DNA from: Nitrospirota bacterium | GTDB taxonomy: Bacteria > Nitrospirota > Thermodesulfovibrionia > Thermodesulfovibrionales > UBA9159 | NCBI GenBank assembly: GCA_963699545.1 | Contig: CAVOUE010000003.1 | Span: 640,001-704,000 of the forward strand | Length of the DNA stretch: 64,000 nt | Direction of reading: 5' to 3' | Shown: piece by piece, positions 39,171-49,045 of the stretch | Position numbering within the stretch: the first letter of the stretch is position 1 | How the letters are laid out: each line of letters begins with the position of its first letter | The notes under the pieces: generated by a model | Database searches by the model: none | Told to the model about the DNA's origin: nothing | What the model saw: the letters and a program-made list of their open reading frames with translations, nothing else | Position numbers and translations under genes: made by a program

Positions 39171-39344
39171 TTACACCTGAATACTCCCCAAATCATGCCA
39201 CAGCCCCGCCAGATAACCCCACTCTCCACAGCCGAATTCTGCGGCAAATTGGGAGGCAAGCCTGGCTGTGCCGAGGAGATGCTCCTCAAGCCGATGCCAT
39301 TCTTCAACCGGCTTCCCCTCAAGGCTGTGGGCGTAATAGTTCAT
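39171..39344 (-). pseudogene. cas3: Truncated cas3 relic (start of HD domain only, 57 aa)
   Basis: Manual translation MNYYAHSLEGKPVEEWHRLEEHLLGTARLASQFAAEFGCGEWGYLAGLWHDLGSIQV*. Confidence 0.85.
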
Positions 39345-39417
39345 AAGCTCTCGCTTCTAAATCTGTCGTGGATAATGAACCGGGCTTTGTTGCTTTATTC
39401 GAATAGCTGGGTTTCTT

Positions 39418-39514
39418 GCGGGTTGATTGAATCCCCACTCATCTCCCTCAAAATGACGAGAATTCTTTATTAAATGTCTGCTTTAATTCTACTCCGTTTG
39501 ATAATTTCTGTCAA
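39418..39514 (-). promoter_or_regulatory. cas operon promoter plus conserved leader hairpin (copy 1)
   Basis: TTGACA(39514-39509)-N17-TAGAAT(39491-39486), followed by a 49-bp element 44/49 identical to 40209-40257. Confidence 0.7.
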
Positions 39515-39557
39515 TTCATGGAGATACGTAATCCGGCAGTGGGGGCCACAGACGATT

Positions 39558-39839
39558 TCAAGTCAAGTTGCGTATGTAGCGTTCAGCGTCTTTTTTGCTC
39601 AAGACCCTCAGCACTACCACTGTGCCGGGTTCAATAACATAAAATACCCTGTACTTATCCACCCTGAGTCTATAGAAGTCGGCGTTCTTCCCTTTGAGCT
39701 TCTTTATCAGCTTGCCTCTCGGAAAAGGGCTTTCTGCGAGTGTTCTAAGCGCATATGCTATCTTCCCGCAGACTGTATCGCTAAAACCATCCATATCCTT
39801 TGTGGCGCGAGGGGAGAGGATAACCTCAAAGTTATCCAC
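39558..39839 (-). CDS. RelE/ParE-family toxin
   Basis: A.KD..., P.P...KKLKG, YRLRVDKYRVFY; start overlaps the antitoxin. Confidence 0.88.
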   Translation of the reverse strand: MDNFEVILSPRATKDMDGFSDTVCGKIAYALRTLAESPFPRGKLIKKLKGKNADFYRLRVDKYRVFYVIEPGTVVVLRVLSKKDAERYIRNLT

Positions 39840-40095
39840 GCTTCTTCTTCCTTTTTGCAAGATAATCGTCCAGCGGGACGCCGCCTTTGCCGTGATATTC
39901 AGCAAGGGCCTCGGCAAGCGTGCTCTGAAGGCTGGAGCTTGTTTCAAGCAAATAGTCCTCGAAATCCTCCTCCGAAATAGCGGTCACTATAGCCCTCGGC
40001 TTGCCCTTAGACGTAATGATTACGGCCTCTTTTTCTGCTTTTCTCAAAATCTCCGAAGTCTTGTTCTTCAACTCTCTGACATTGGCAAATTTCAT
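39832..40095 (-). CDS. Phd/YefM-family antitoxin
   Basis: NVRELKNKTSEILR...VIITSKGKPRAIV; upstream palindrome ATGTAGCTACAT (40108-40119) and TTGACT-N17-CATAGT promoter. Confidence 0.92.
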   Translation of the reverse strand: MKFANVRELKNKTSEILRKAEKEAVIITSKGKPRAIVTAISEEDFEDYLLETSSSLQSTLAEALAEYHGKGGVPLDDYLAKRKKKRG

Positions 40096-40208
40096 TGACT
40101 CACCTCCATGTAGCTACATTTATAGCTACTATGACACAGCCCTTAGTTATAGTCAATGACCTGTTACGAAAAGAACAATATCGCGGGCATCGTGGGCGCT
40201 TGTTCAAT

Positions 40209-40305
40209 GCGGTTTGATCGAATCCCCACTCATCCCCTTCAAGATGACGAGAATTCTGTAAATAGCTTAGGTTGAACTCTATTTGTGTCCAATAATCTTT
40301 GTCAA
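40209..40305 (-). promoter_or_regulatory. Second copy of promoter plus leader hairpin
   Basis: TTGACA(40305-40300)-N18-TAGAGT, then the 49-bp conserved element. Confidence 0.6.
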
Positions 40306-40334
40306 TCTGTGAGGAGATAGGGGTTTCGCTGGTC

Positions 40335-41141
40335 CTACGGCTTTTGGGCGGTTATGTATGCCGAGAAGACCATCTTTTCGACACCCTCGCCGAAATTCCA
40401 GCTTCTGATGATCTCGTCGCTGTTGCTCTTGTCCTGAATGACGATGCCGGTGAAACCGGCCCTTGTCAGGATCTCCTTCAGTTCCTCCACGGGAACCGAG
40501 CCGGTGATTCAGCCGCTGTAAGCGTTCTCGTTCTGTTTGATGGCCTCAGAGAATTCACCCTTTTTCAGCACGTCGGAGACGGCAAGCCTGCCGCCCGGTC
40601 TCAGGACCCTGAAGGCATCGTTGAACACTGCCTGCTTGTCAGGCGAAAGGTTGATGACGCAATTGGAGATGATCACATCGACGGAGGCATCTTCCAGCGG
40701 CAGACGCTCTATCTCTCCCAGTCTGAATTCCACATTCTGCAGCCCGAGTTTTTCTCCGTTGGCTTTTGCCTTTGCCACCATCTGAGGGGTCATATCCACG
40801 CCGATGACACATCCGGTCTTTCCCACCTTCATGGAAGAGAGAAAGGCGTCAAACCCTGCGCCGCTTCCCAGGTCCAGGACGCTTTCGCCTTCTTTGAGGT
40901 CTGCAATGGCGTGGGGATTCCCGCAGCCGAGGCCAAGGTTTGCCTCCCCGAGGCCGATCTTCAGTTCCTCGTCTGAATATCCGAGCCGCCTGCCTGTCTC
41001 CATGAGGCTCACGGCCCCGGTCTCAGGAGCACAGCAGCTTGAAGCCGGAAAGCAGGATGGTCCGCCGCCTGCCACGGCAGAGTAGCTTTTTATCACAAGC
41101 TGTTTGATCTCTGTTTTTTCTTTTTCCAAGCCGTGTGCCAT
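40335..41141 (-). CDS. arsM: Arsenite S-adenosylmethionine methyltransferase, probable selenoprotein (UGA at 40511-40509)
   Basis: SCC, LGLGCGNP, LDLGSGAG, ISNCVINL; YSG-TGA-ITG at the conserved last Cys position; frame open to TAG at 40335. Confidence 0.88.
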
Positions 41142-41144
41142 CCT

Positions 41145-42357
41145 CTATACATTATCCAGCATGTGCCCGAGTTTCTTCTTTTTTGTCCTGAGGTAGATGA
41201 TATTCTTTTCGTGTGGTCTGCTCTCGATGGGCACCCTTTCCACGACCTTGAGGCCGTATCCTTCAAGGCCCACGATCTTCTTGGGATTGTTGGTCATGAG
41301 CCGCATCTTTCTGACCCCGAGATCAACGAGTATCTGCGCCCCGATGCCGTAGTCCCTCAGGTCCGGCTTGAACCCCAGTTTCAGGTTGGCTTCCACCGTG
41401 TCGAGTCCCTTGTCCTGAAGTTCATAGGCCCTCAATTTATTGGCGAGGCCGATACCCCTGCCCTCCTGCCTCATGTAGAGGATGACCCCCTTCTCTTCCT
41501 TATCGATCATCTGCATTGCTTTATGGAGCTGGTCGCCGCAATCGCACCTTCTGGAGCCGAAGACGTCCCCGGTAAGACATTCCGAGTGGACCCTCACGAG
41601 GACGGCCTCCTCCGGCCTTATCTCCCCTTTTACCAGGGCGATATGGACATTGCTGTCCATACCGTTCGTGTACGCGACGGCCCTGAACTCACCATATTCG
41701 GTGGGGAGCTTCACGTCGGAGATCCTCTTCACGAACCGCTCGGTCCGCACCCGGTGATGGATGAGGTCCTTGACGGTAACGATCTTGAGGGCGTGCCTCT
41801 TTGAGAATTCCATCAGCTCAGGGACCCTGGCCATGGTGCCGTCCTCGCTCATTATCTCGCATATGACCCCGGCGGGATATAGCCCGGCGAGCCTTGCAAG
41901 GTCCACCGAGCCCTCGGTCTGGCCGGCCCTCTGGAGCACTCCTCCCGGTTTCGCCCTGAGGGGGAATACGTGTCCCGGCCGCGCAAGGTCATCAGCGCCG
42001 ACCTTCGGGTCGATGGCGGTGAGTATGGTGGTTGCCCGGTCGGCGGCAGAGATACCCGGTGGTAACACCCTTTTTCGCTTCTATCGAGACGGTGAAGGCG
42101 GTGCCGAACTGGGAGGTATTTTCATCGGTCATCATCGACAGCTGCAGTTCCTCTACCCTTTGCGGGGTGAGGGACAGGCAGATGAGTCCCCTGCCGTGCT
42201 TTGCCATGAAATTAATGGCGGACGGGGTCACCTTCTCTGCGGCCATGCAGAGGTCGCCCTCGTTCTCCCGGTCTTCGTCATCCACAAGGATCACCATCTT
42301 CCCCCTTGCGATGTCCTCTATGGCTTCATCTATGGTATTGAACGTATGTTTTTGCAT
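41145..42357 (-). CDS. ribBA: Bifunctional DHBP synthase / GTP cyclohydrolase II, frameshift near 42060
   Basis: [45 protein letters not shown]. Confidence 0.95.
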
Positions 42358-42420
42358 GCTTGTTCCTCCGAGAATTGTCAGCCAGGATGCCTGGCCTGTT
42401 AAGAGGGCTGTCCCCTCGCA

Positions 42421-43082
42421 TCAGTCTTTTATATATCCCGACTCTGTCAGTGCCTTCATCAAGCTCCTGTCACTGGCCGTCTTGTCTGAGCCGGCCTTCC
42501 GGTCGAGAAAGCGCGCCACATACTTCCCGATGATATCAGCTTCGAGGTTCACCGTGGCTCCCGCGCTCTTGAAGCCGAGGGTGGTGAGCCGGGCGGTATG
42601 AGGGATGATGACCACCGAAAAGGAATCCCTTGAAACGTCCACCACAGTGAGGCTTATGCCGTCCAGCGCGATGGAACCCTTTTCGACAAGAAGGCCGGTG
42701 ACGGTCTCCGGCGCTTCGATGGTCATCGTAAAGGTGTCCCCCGCCGTGTTCTTTGACCTGATCCTTCCCACCGCATCCACATGACCGGTCACAAAATGGC
42801 CGCCCAGCTTCCCGTCAGCCCTGAGGGAAGGCTCAAGGTTCACCCTTTCCCGGGGGGGAGCTGGCCCAGGTTTGTTGAGCGCAGCGTTTCGTCCGACAGG
42901 TCAAAGGTGAGGATGCTGCCCTGCCGGCTCACGACGGTCAGACATGCGCCGTTGATGGCGATGCTGTTTCCCAGGGCTGCGTCCTGCGCGAGGAGAGGGG
43001 CTGAAATGGTGAGGGACGCCCCTGACGGCTTCCTGCCGAGCGATACGACCTCGCCCAGTTCGACGATTATACCGGTGAACAA
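42421..43082 (-). CDS. ribE: Riboflavin synthase alpha chain, frameshift near 42850
   Basis: [37 protein letters not shown]. Confidence 0.93.
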
Positions 43083-43083
43083 C

Positions 43084-43431
43084 CTATTCCTCTATGTCGA
43101 TCTTAAAGTCCAGGGTCTTCTGATAAAGCCCAAGAATGTCCACTGTAGAGGACCAGGAAGTCTGGACCCTGGTGGAGTGTGTTTTCCTGGTCACGACAAT
43201 ATCTTTTGCTTCGATGGGTATTTTCAGGTCCTGGGCAGCCTCAAAGAGCTGGGCCCTTGTCTTTTCAACATTCCCCAGCTCAAGGCGTGCGATCGCCTTT
43301 GCTTCGCTCGCGAAGGCGGAATGTTTGTAGTAGGGGACCCCGAACTCAAAGCCTACGTATCCAGCCAACAGAAGAATGGCGATGGTTAAAAGTGGCTTTA
43401 TGAACCCGTCCCTGCTCCGCAAATGTCTCAT
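43084..43431 (-). CDS. Hypothetical membrane-anchored protein downstream of lepB (DUF4845-like)
   Basis: N-terminal TM helix followed by PYY; synteny after lepB. Confidence 0.6.
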   Translation of the reverse strand: MRHLRSRDGFIKPLLTIAILLLAGYVGFEFGVPYYKHSAFASEAKAIARLELGNVEKTRAQLFEAAQDLKIPIEAKDIVVTRKTHSTRVQTSWSSTVDILGLYQKTLDFKIDIEE

Positions 43432-44042
43432 TTCACCAACCTCCCTATTCTTTCCAGCCTTGGCCAGTGTTTCTTGCTGTCCCATGACCAGTAAATGATG
43501 AGGGCTTCTCCCCTGATCTCTTTCAGATCCACGTACCCCCAGTATCTGCTGTCGTAGCTCTGGTCACGGTTATCCCCCATCATGAATATCTTTTCTTTCG
43601 GGACGATGAAAGGCCCGAAATTGTCCCTGGGCTCTATGCCTCCGGGCTTGAGCGCAGTGTCCGTATGCTGCGCGTAAGGCTCGTTTTGGGCATGGCCGTT
43701 CACAGAGATCACCCTGTTTCTCGATTCTATCACATCCCCTTCCACCGCTATCACCCGCTTGATGAAATCCCTGCTCGGGTCCTCGGGATACTTGAAGACT
43801 ATTATATCACCTCTCGCGGGCTTCCTGAATGCCAGGACCTTCTTGTCGGAAAAGGGGATCGTTGTTCCATAGATGAACTTATTCACGAGGATGTGGTCTC
43901 CTATCTGCAGGGTCGGTATCATGGAGCCCGAAGGGATCTTGAACGCCTGGATAAAATAGGCCCTGATAAAGAGGGCGAGTATGAGGGCGGTGAGAATGGC
44001 TTTTGTATATTCCCAAACTAACTCTTTCTTTGTTTTTTTCAC
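43428..44042 (-). CDS. lepB: Signal peptidase I
   Basis: IPSGSMIPTL, RGDIIVF, FIKRVI, MGDNRDQSYDSRYWG. Confidence 0.96.
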   Translation of the reverse strand: MKKTKKELVWEYTKAILTALILALFIRAYFIQAFKIPSGSMIPTLQIGDHILVNKFIYGTTIPFSDKKVLAFRKPARGDIIVFKYPEDPSRDFIKRVIAVEGDVIESRNRVISVNGHAQNEPYAQHTDTALKPGGIEPRDNFGPFIVPKEKIFMMGDNRDQSYDSRYWGYVDLKEIRGEALIIYWSWDSKKHWPRLERIGRLVK

Positions 44043-44116
44043 CCTTTGGGTTTCCTCCTCTTCTTCCTGAAGCGTGTAGCGTATAGGAACACAAATACAC
44101 GCTATGCGCTCTACGC

Positions 44117-45905
44117 TTATTTTACTTTCAGCACCGACAGGAATGCCTCCTGGGGGACCTCGATCCTCCCCACCTGCTTCATCCGTTTCTTGCCTTCCTT
44201 CTGCTTCTCGAGCAGCTTTCTCTTTCGCGTGATATCCCCGCCATAACACTTTGCAAGGACGTCTTTTCTCAGGGCCTTGACGCTCTCTCTGGCGATGATC
44301 TTGGACCCGATGGCCGCCTGTATCACCACTTCGTAGAGTTGCCTCGGGATGACCGCCCGCAGTTGTTCGGCGATCTGCCTGCCCTTATAATACGCCTTGT
44401 CCCTGTGAACTATCAAGGAAAGGGCGTCCACCGGCTCTCCGTTCAGCAGGATGTCGAGCCTGGTGAGGTCCGCTTCGATGTATCCGACAAACTCGTAATC
44501 CATTGAGGCATATCCCTTTGACAGGGATTTAAGCCGGTCATAGAAATCCCAGAGGATCTCGTTGAGGGGGATATCATAGACGACCTTGATCCTGTCCTTG
44601 CCGATATAGGTGAATTCCTTCTGGGTCCCCCGCTTTTCCTGGCAGAGGTCAAGGATGGAGCCGATAGAGGACTGGGGCACAAATATCGTCACCTTCACGA
44701 AGGGTTCCTCGATCATAAGAAACCCTGCAGGCAAGGTGGTCGGGTTGTCCACAAAGATGACATTCTCCTTCGCATCCGTGACCCGGTATACTACGGTGGG
44801 CGCAGTGCTGATGAGGGAGAGGCTGAACTCCCGCTCAAGTCTCTCCTTAATGATCTCCATATGGAGAAGCCCGAGGAATCCGCACCTGAAACCGAATCCC
44901 AGGGCAGTGGAGGTCTCCGGCTCATACGAGAAAGAGGAATCGTTAAGGCGCAGTTTTTCGAGGGCATCCTTCAAGCCCTCGTACTGATGGGTTTCTGTAG
45001 GGTAGAGTCCGCTGAACACCATGGGCTTTATCTCTTTGTACCCGGGACAGGGTTCGGCGGCAGGGCGGTCTGCATCGGTGATGGTATCCCCTATCTTGGT
45101 GTCGCTGACGCTCTTTATCCCCCCGATGATATAACCGACCTCTCCGGCGGAAAGCTTTTCAACGGGCTGCATCTTCGGCGAGAAGATCCCCACGTGGGAG
45201 AACGTCAAAGTCCTTTCCCGTGCTCATGATCCGTATCTTCATCCCGGCCCTGACCGTGCCCTCAAAGACCCTCACAAGGACAATGACTCCCTGGTAGTTG
45301 TCAAACCATGAGTCAAAGAGGAGGGCCTTGAGAGGGTTGGCCTCATCTCCCCCGGGCGGCGGGACCTTCCTTACGATAGCCTCCAGGATCTCTCTTGTGC
45401 CTATCCCCTCCTTTGCGCTTGCAAGGATGGCATCCGAACTCTCTATGCCGACAATATCCTCTATCTGTTCTTTGACCCTGTCAGGTTCGGAGGCCGGAAG
45501 GTCGATCTTGTTTATCACGGGGATGATCTCTAGGTTGTTCTCCATGGCAAGATAGGTGTTCGCGACGGTCTGGGCTTCAACGCCCTGGGTGGCGTCCACG
45601 ATAAGAAGCGCGCCTTCGCAAGAGGCAAGGCTCCGGGAAACCTCGTACGAGAAGTCCACGTGGCCCGGGGTGTCGATGAGGTTCAGCACATACTCCTGAC
45701 CGTCCCCGGCGGCGTAGGCGAGCCTGACCGCATGCGCCTTTATGGTGATCCCTCTTTCCCGCTCAAGGTCCATGGAGTCAAGGACCTGCTCCATCATTTC
45801 CCGGGAACTGAGCGCCCCCGTATATTCCAGGAGCCTGTCAGCGAGGGTTGATTTGCCGTGGTCGATATGGGCGATTATCGAAAAATTTCTTATGTTCTTT
45901 GGCAT
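44117..45905 (-). CDS. lepA: Elongation factor 4, frameshift near 45200
   Basis: [51 protein letters not shown]. Confidence 0.97.
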
Positions 45906-46816
45906 GTAAAGACGAGATACGAGGACCCGATAATGCCGGCGTCGTCGCCCAGGGATGAGGGGAGGATCTTCACCCTGTCAAACAACGGTTTGAAGGTGCG
46001 TCGTGAAGCCTCTTTTATCGCCTCCTTAATATAGATGTTCCAGGCCCCGATAAGGCCCCCTGCGAGTATTACGGCCTCCGGACCGAATATGTTTATCATT
46101 GTGGATATTCCTACTCCCAGGTATCTTCCTGCCTCCCGTAACACCTCCCTTGAAAGGTTGTCCCCGTCAAGGGCGGTCCGGTAAATGTCTTCTGGTGTCA
46201 GCTTGTAAATATTTCCCTTGCAGCATTCCCTCAGCGTGCTTTCCGCGCCGTTGTTCAGGGCCGTTATCGCGTAGGCGAGCATCGCCTTTGCGGAAGCATA
46301 CATTTCCAGGCATCCGTTATTTCCGCAGGAGCACTTTTCTCCTGCGGCGTTTATGGTTATGTGCCCTATCTCTGCAGGGACGTTCAGCAGCGAGTTGTTA
46401 TGGATGATACCGCCGCCGATCCCGGTCCCGAGGGTGATAAGGACAAAGCTATTGAATTCCTTCCCTTCTCCCCTCCATTTCTCTCCGAGTGCAGCGACAT
46501 TGGCATCGTTTTCCACGTATACGGGGACATCGAACCTTGTTCTTACTATTTCCGGGATGTTCAGACCTTCAATGGCCGGGAGGTTGGGGGATTCGATCAC
46601 CAGCCCCTTGTCGCTGTCGATGAGCCCTGCCACGCCGAACCCTATCCCCGCCACATCGCCGGTAAAGATGTCGCCGATAGACCTCAGAAGTGATTCCCTG
46701 ATGTTCTCAGAGGAGGGGACCTTGATCTTTCTTGCGATCTCTCCCTCTTCCGACACCAGGGCCACCCTCAGATTCGTACCGCCCAGGTCTATTCCGATTG
46801 CATAGTGTTTTTTCAT
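45890..46816 (-). CDS. ROK family sugar kinase (glucokinase-like)
   Basis: [29 protein letters not shown]...[10 protein letters not shown]. Confidence 0.93.
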   Translation of the reverse strand: MKKHYAIGIDLGGTNLRVALVSEEGEIARKIKVPSSENIRESLLRSIGDIFTGDVAGIGFGVAGLIDSDKGLVIESPNLPAIEGLNIPEIVRTRFDVPVYVENDANVAALGEKWRGEGKEFNSFVLITLGTGIGGGIIHNNSLLNVPAEIGHITINAAGEKCSCGNNGCLEMYASAKAMLAYAITALNNGAESTLRECCKGNIYKLTPEDIYRTALDGDNLSREVLREAGRYLGVGISTMINIFGPEAVILAGGLIGAWNIYIKEAIKEASRRTFKPLFDRVKILPSSLGDDAGIIGSSYLVFTCQRT

Positions 46817-46864
46817 GCTCTCTCGCAGGATGAATGAAAGAAGATTTATAATTATACCACAAAG

Positions 46865-47719
46865 ATGAAAGCGAGCGTGAGGAGACTTGGGGTCCATACT
46901 TCCATCGCGGGCGGCATCCATCTTTCCCTTGAAAGGGCGGGGGAATTGGGGTGCACTACTGTCCAGCTCTTTTCCCATAATCCGAGGTCCTGGCGGGTTT
47001 CCCCCATACCTGCAGGCGGAATTGCGAGGTTCGGGGAACTGAAAACTGCCCTCGATATCTTTCCTGTTTTCATCCACACATCGTATCTCATCAACCTTGC
47101 CTCGGCAAGACCTGATGTCCTGGAGAGATCAATAGGACTTCTCATCCAGGAAATGGACAGTGCGGATCTGCTGGGTGCTGACTATGTTGTCCTCCACACC
47201 GGCAGCGCGTCACAGGACGATGAAGAGACCGGCCGAAGGAGGGCGGTGGAAGCCCTCAGGGCGGTTTCCCGGAGGGGTCGCTGGAGGGCACGCCTCCTGC
47301 TCGAAAATACCGCAGGGGAAAGAGGCGACATATCATCCCGCATCATTGACCTTGCAGTGATCATGGACAAGACCGGGGGCGTGCTCATAGGGGGGATATG
47401 CCTGGATACCTGTCATGCCTTTCAGGCAGGGTATGAACTGTCAAGGGAAGAAGGCGTGGCCGAGATCGCTGGAGAGATCGAACGTCACATGGGGCTTGAG
47501 AAGGTAAGGCTGATTCATCTCAACGATTCAAAAAGGACATTCAACTCAAGGGTCGACCGGCATGAACATATCGGTTCCGGCGCAATCGGCACCGAGGGAC
47601 TGGGGAAGTTCATGAACCATGCCGCGTTCAGGGACGTCCCTCTGATCCTCGAAACCCCGAAGAAGAGCGACGATGACGACCCGAGGAACCTGAGAATTGT
47701 AAGGGGGCTTTTCAGATAA
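46865..47719 (+). CDS. nfo: Endonuclease IV
   Basis: GVHxSIAGG, HxSYLINLAS, LENTAG, CLDTCH, HLNDSK, DRHEHIG, ILETP. Confidence 0.95.
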   Translation: MKASVRRLGVHTSIAGGIHLSLERAGELGCTTVQLFSHNPRSWRVSPIPAGGIARFGELKTALDIFPVFIHTSYLINLASARPDVLERSIGLLIQEMDSADLLGADYVVLHTGSASQDDEETGRRRAVEALRAVSRRGRWRARLLLENTAGERGDISSRIIDLAVIMDKTGGVLIGGICLDTCHAFQAGYELSREEGVAEIAGEIERHMGLEKVRLIHLNDSKRTFNSRVDRHEHIGSGAIGTEGLGKFMNHAAFRDVPLILETPKKSDDDDPRNLRIVRGLFR

Positions 47720-48003
47720 GCGTATCATCCTCCGCGCAGTTTGCGGTTCCGCTCCGGTATGAGCGTTACACCCCGCTACTCCTCACTGTGGACATTCCGC
47801 CACAGTAACAATTACCGTTACTACTCCTCGCACGGGGCCACTATTACATCTGTGGTGTTCACTCCGAAAGTCACCGCCAATGGACATGTGCATCGGTGGG
47901 AACTTGCTTTCGAAACAGGCTGGAGCTGAAAATAAGAGCCGCTGTATATTTGGCAGCGATGAGAAGGGAATCAGAAATCAATGCGATGTTGCTTATGCCG
48001 CGT

Positions 48004-48297
48004 TTAAACTGCAATAGCCTCAACCAGTTTCCAGTCATCAGACCTATGTGATGCCTGCCATAGATCGTAATTCCGCTGCATGTTAAGCCAAAGTTCAGGG
48101 GTTGTCTTAAACGCCTTTGATAAACGAAGAGCCATGTCCGGAGTTATAGAAGCATGTTCATTTACAATCTCGGACAAAGTCTTTCTTGACACGCCGAGAA
48201 CTACTGCAAGTCCGGAAACCGTCAGGGACAGGGGCTCCATGTAATGCCTTCTCAAAATGCCGCCCGGATGCGTCGGGCGCCTCAGCCTTTTTCTCAT
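48004..48297 (-). CDS. higA: HigA antitoxin
   Basis: PTHPGxIL, LGVSRKTLS, ITPDMALRL, TPELWLNMQ. Confidence 0.95.
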   Translation of the reverse strand: MRKRLRRPTHPGGILRRHYMEPLSLTVSGLAVVLGVSRKTLSEIVNEHASITPDMALRLSKAFKTTPELWLNMQRNYDLWQASHRSDDWKLVEAIAV

Positions 48298-48309
48298 GTC
48301 TTCACCTCT

Positions 48310-48588
48310 CTAATGGTAATCGATATATTCGACGTCATATGCGTTGCCTTCTTCAAATCTAAAGACAACCCGCCAATTTCCTGAAACTTTTACGGCCCAG
48401 CGACCTTTCATCTTGCCTTTAAGTTGATGAAGATCAGATCCCGGGAATTTCATGTCTTTGATGTCTTCCGCAGCATCAAGCCTGTCGAGAATATCCGCCA
48501 GCTTTTGAGCATGAATCGCCTGGATACCCTTTTTTATCTCGTCATAAAAGAAGTCTTCCAGTCCCTTATGAGAGAAGGACTTAATCAT
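48310..48588 (-). CDS. higB: HigB toxin (RelE superfamily)
   Basis: MIKSFxHKGL, LHQLKG, WAVKVSGNWRVVFRF, YIDYH. Confidence 0.95.
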   Translation of the reverse strand: MIKSFSHKGLEDFFYDEIKKGIQAIHAQKLADILDRLDAAEDIKDMKFPGSDLHQLKGKMKGRWAVKVSGNWRVVFRFEEGNAYDVEYIDYH

Positions 48589-48599
48589 TTATGTATTAA

Positions 48600-48626
48600 T
48601 GTAACCCGCAGGGTTACAAATGTCAA
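48600..48626 (-). promoter_or_regulatory. higBA promoter with palindromic operator
   Basis: TTGACA-N17-TACATT on the minus strand; TGTAACCC-N3-GGGTTACA palindrome at 48600-48618. Confidence 0.75.
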
Positions 48627-49045
48627 GAAGAAAAAGGTTAAACGCTCAACCTTTCCGATGTTCCATTTGAAGTAGCCGCAGGTCTTAGCCTTTATTTCAA
48701 CCCGAATTATGTTCATTCAAATACATCCAGTACACTGCACTATTTCGATCACAGGCACTCACGGTATTATGGTGAAATGACAGGGGGGTCGGGCATATTC
48801 CCCATTATATATGCGGAGAAAGAAAACATCTGATAGCTGTAAGTTTACGGTCTTCACTTCCTATCCCCACAAACTCGCTCTGGACGCCTTTTAGAAATCC
48901 TTACCTTTATTAATCATGGATAATTGCAATGAAAGGCATAAAAATTGCCTATATTTCAAGTGCTTTTCCTATAAGCTGGCTCATGAATAAGGAATGGCAA
49001 ACTAAATTCGTCGCTATATTTCATGAATAAAGGGGAAAGAATGTT

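Noticed and set aside
47720-47930. Intergenic segment with repeated CTACTCCTC and short stems
   Set aside because: Could not be assigned to any RNA or mobile-element family; evidence too thin
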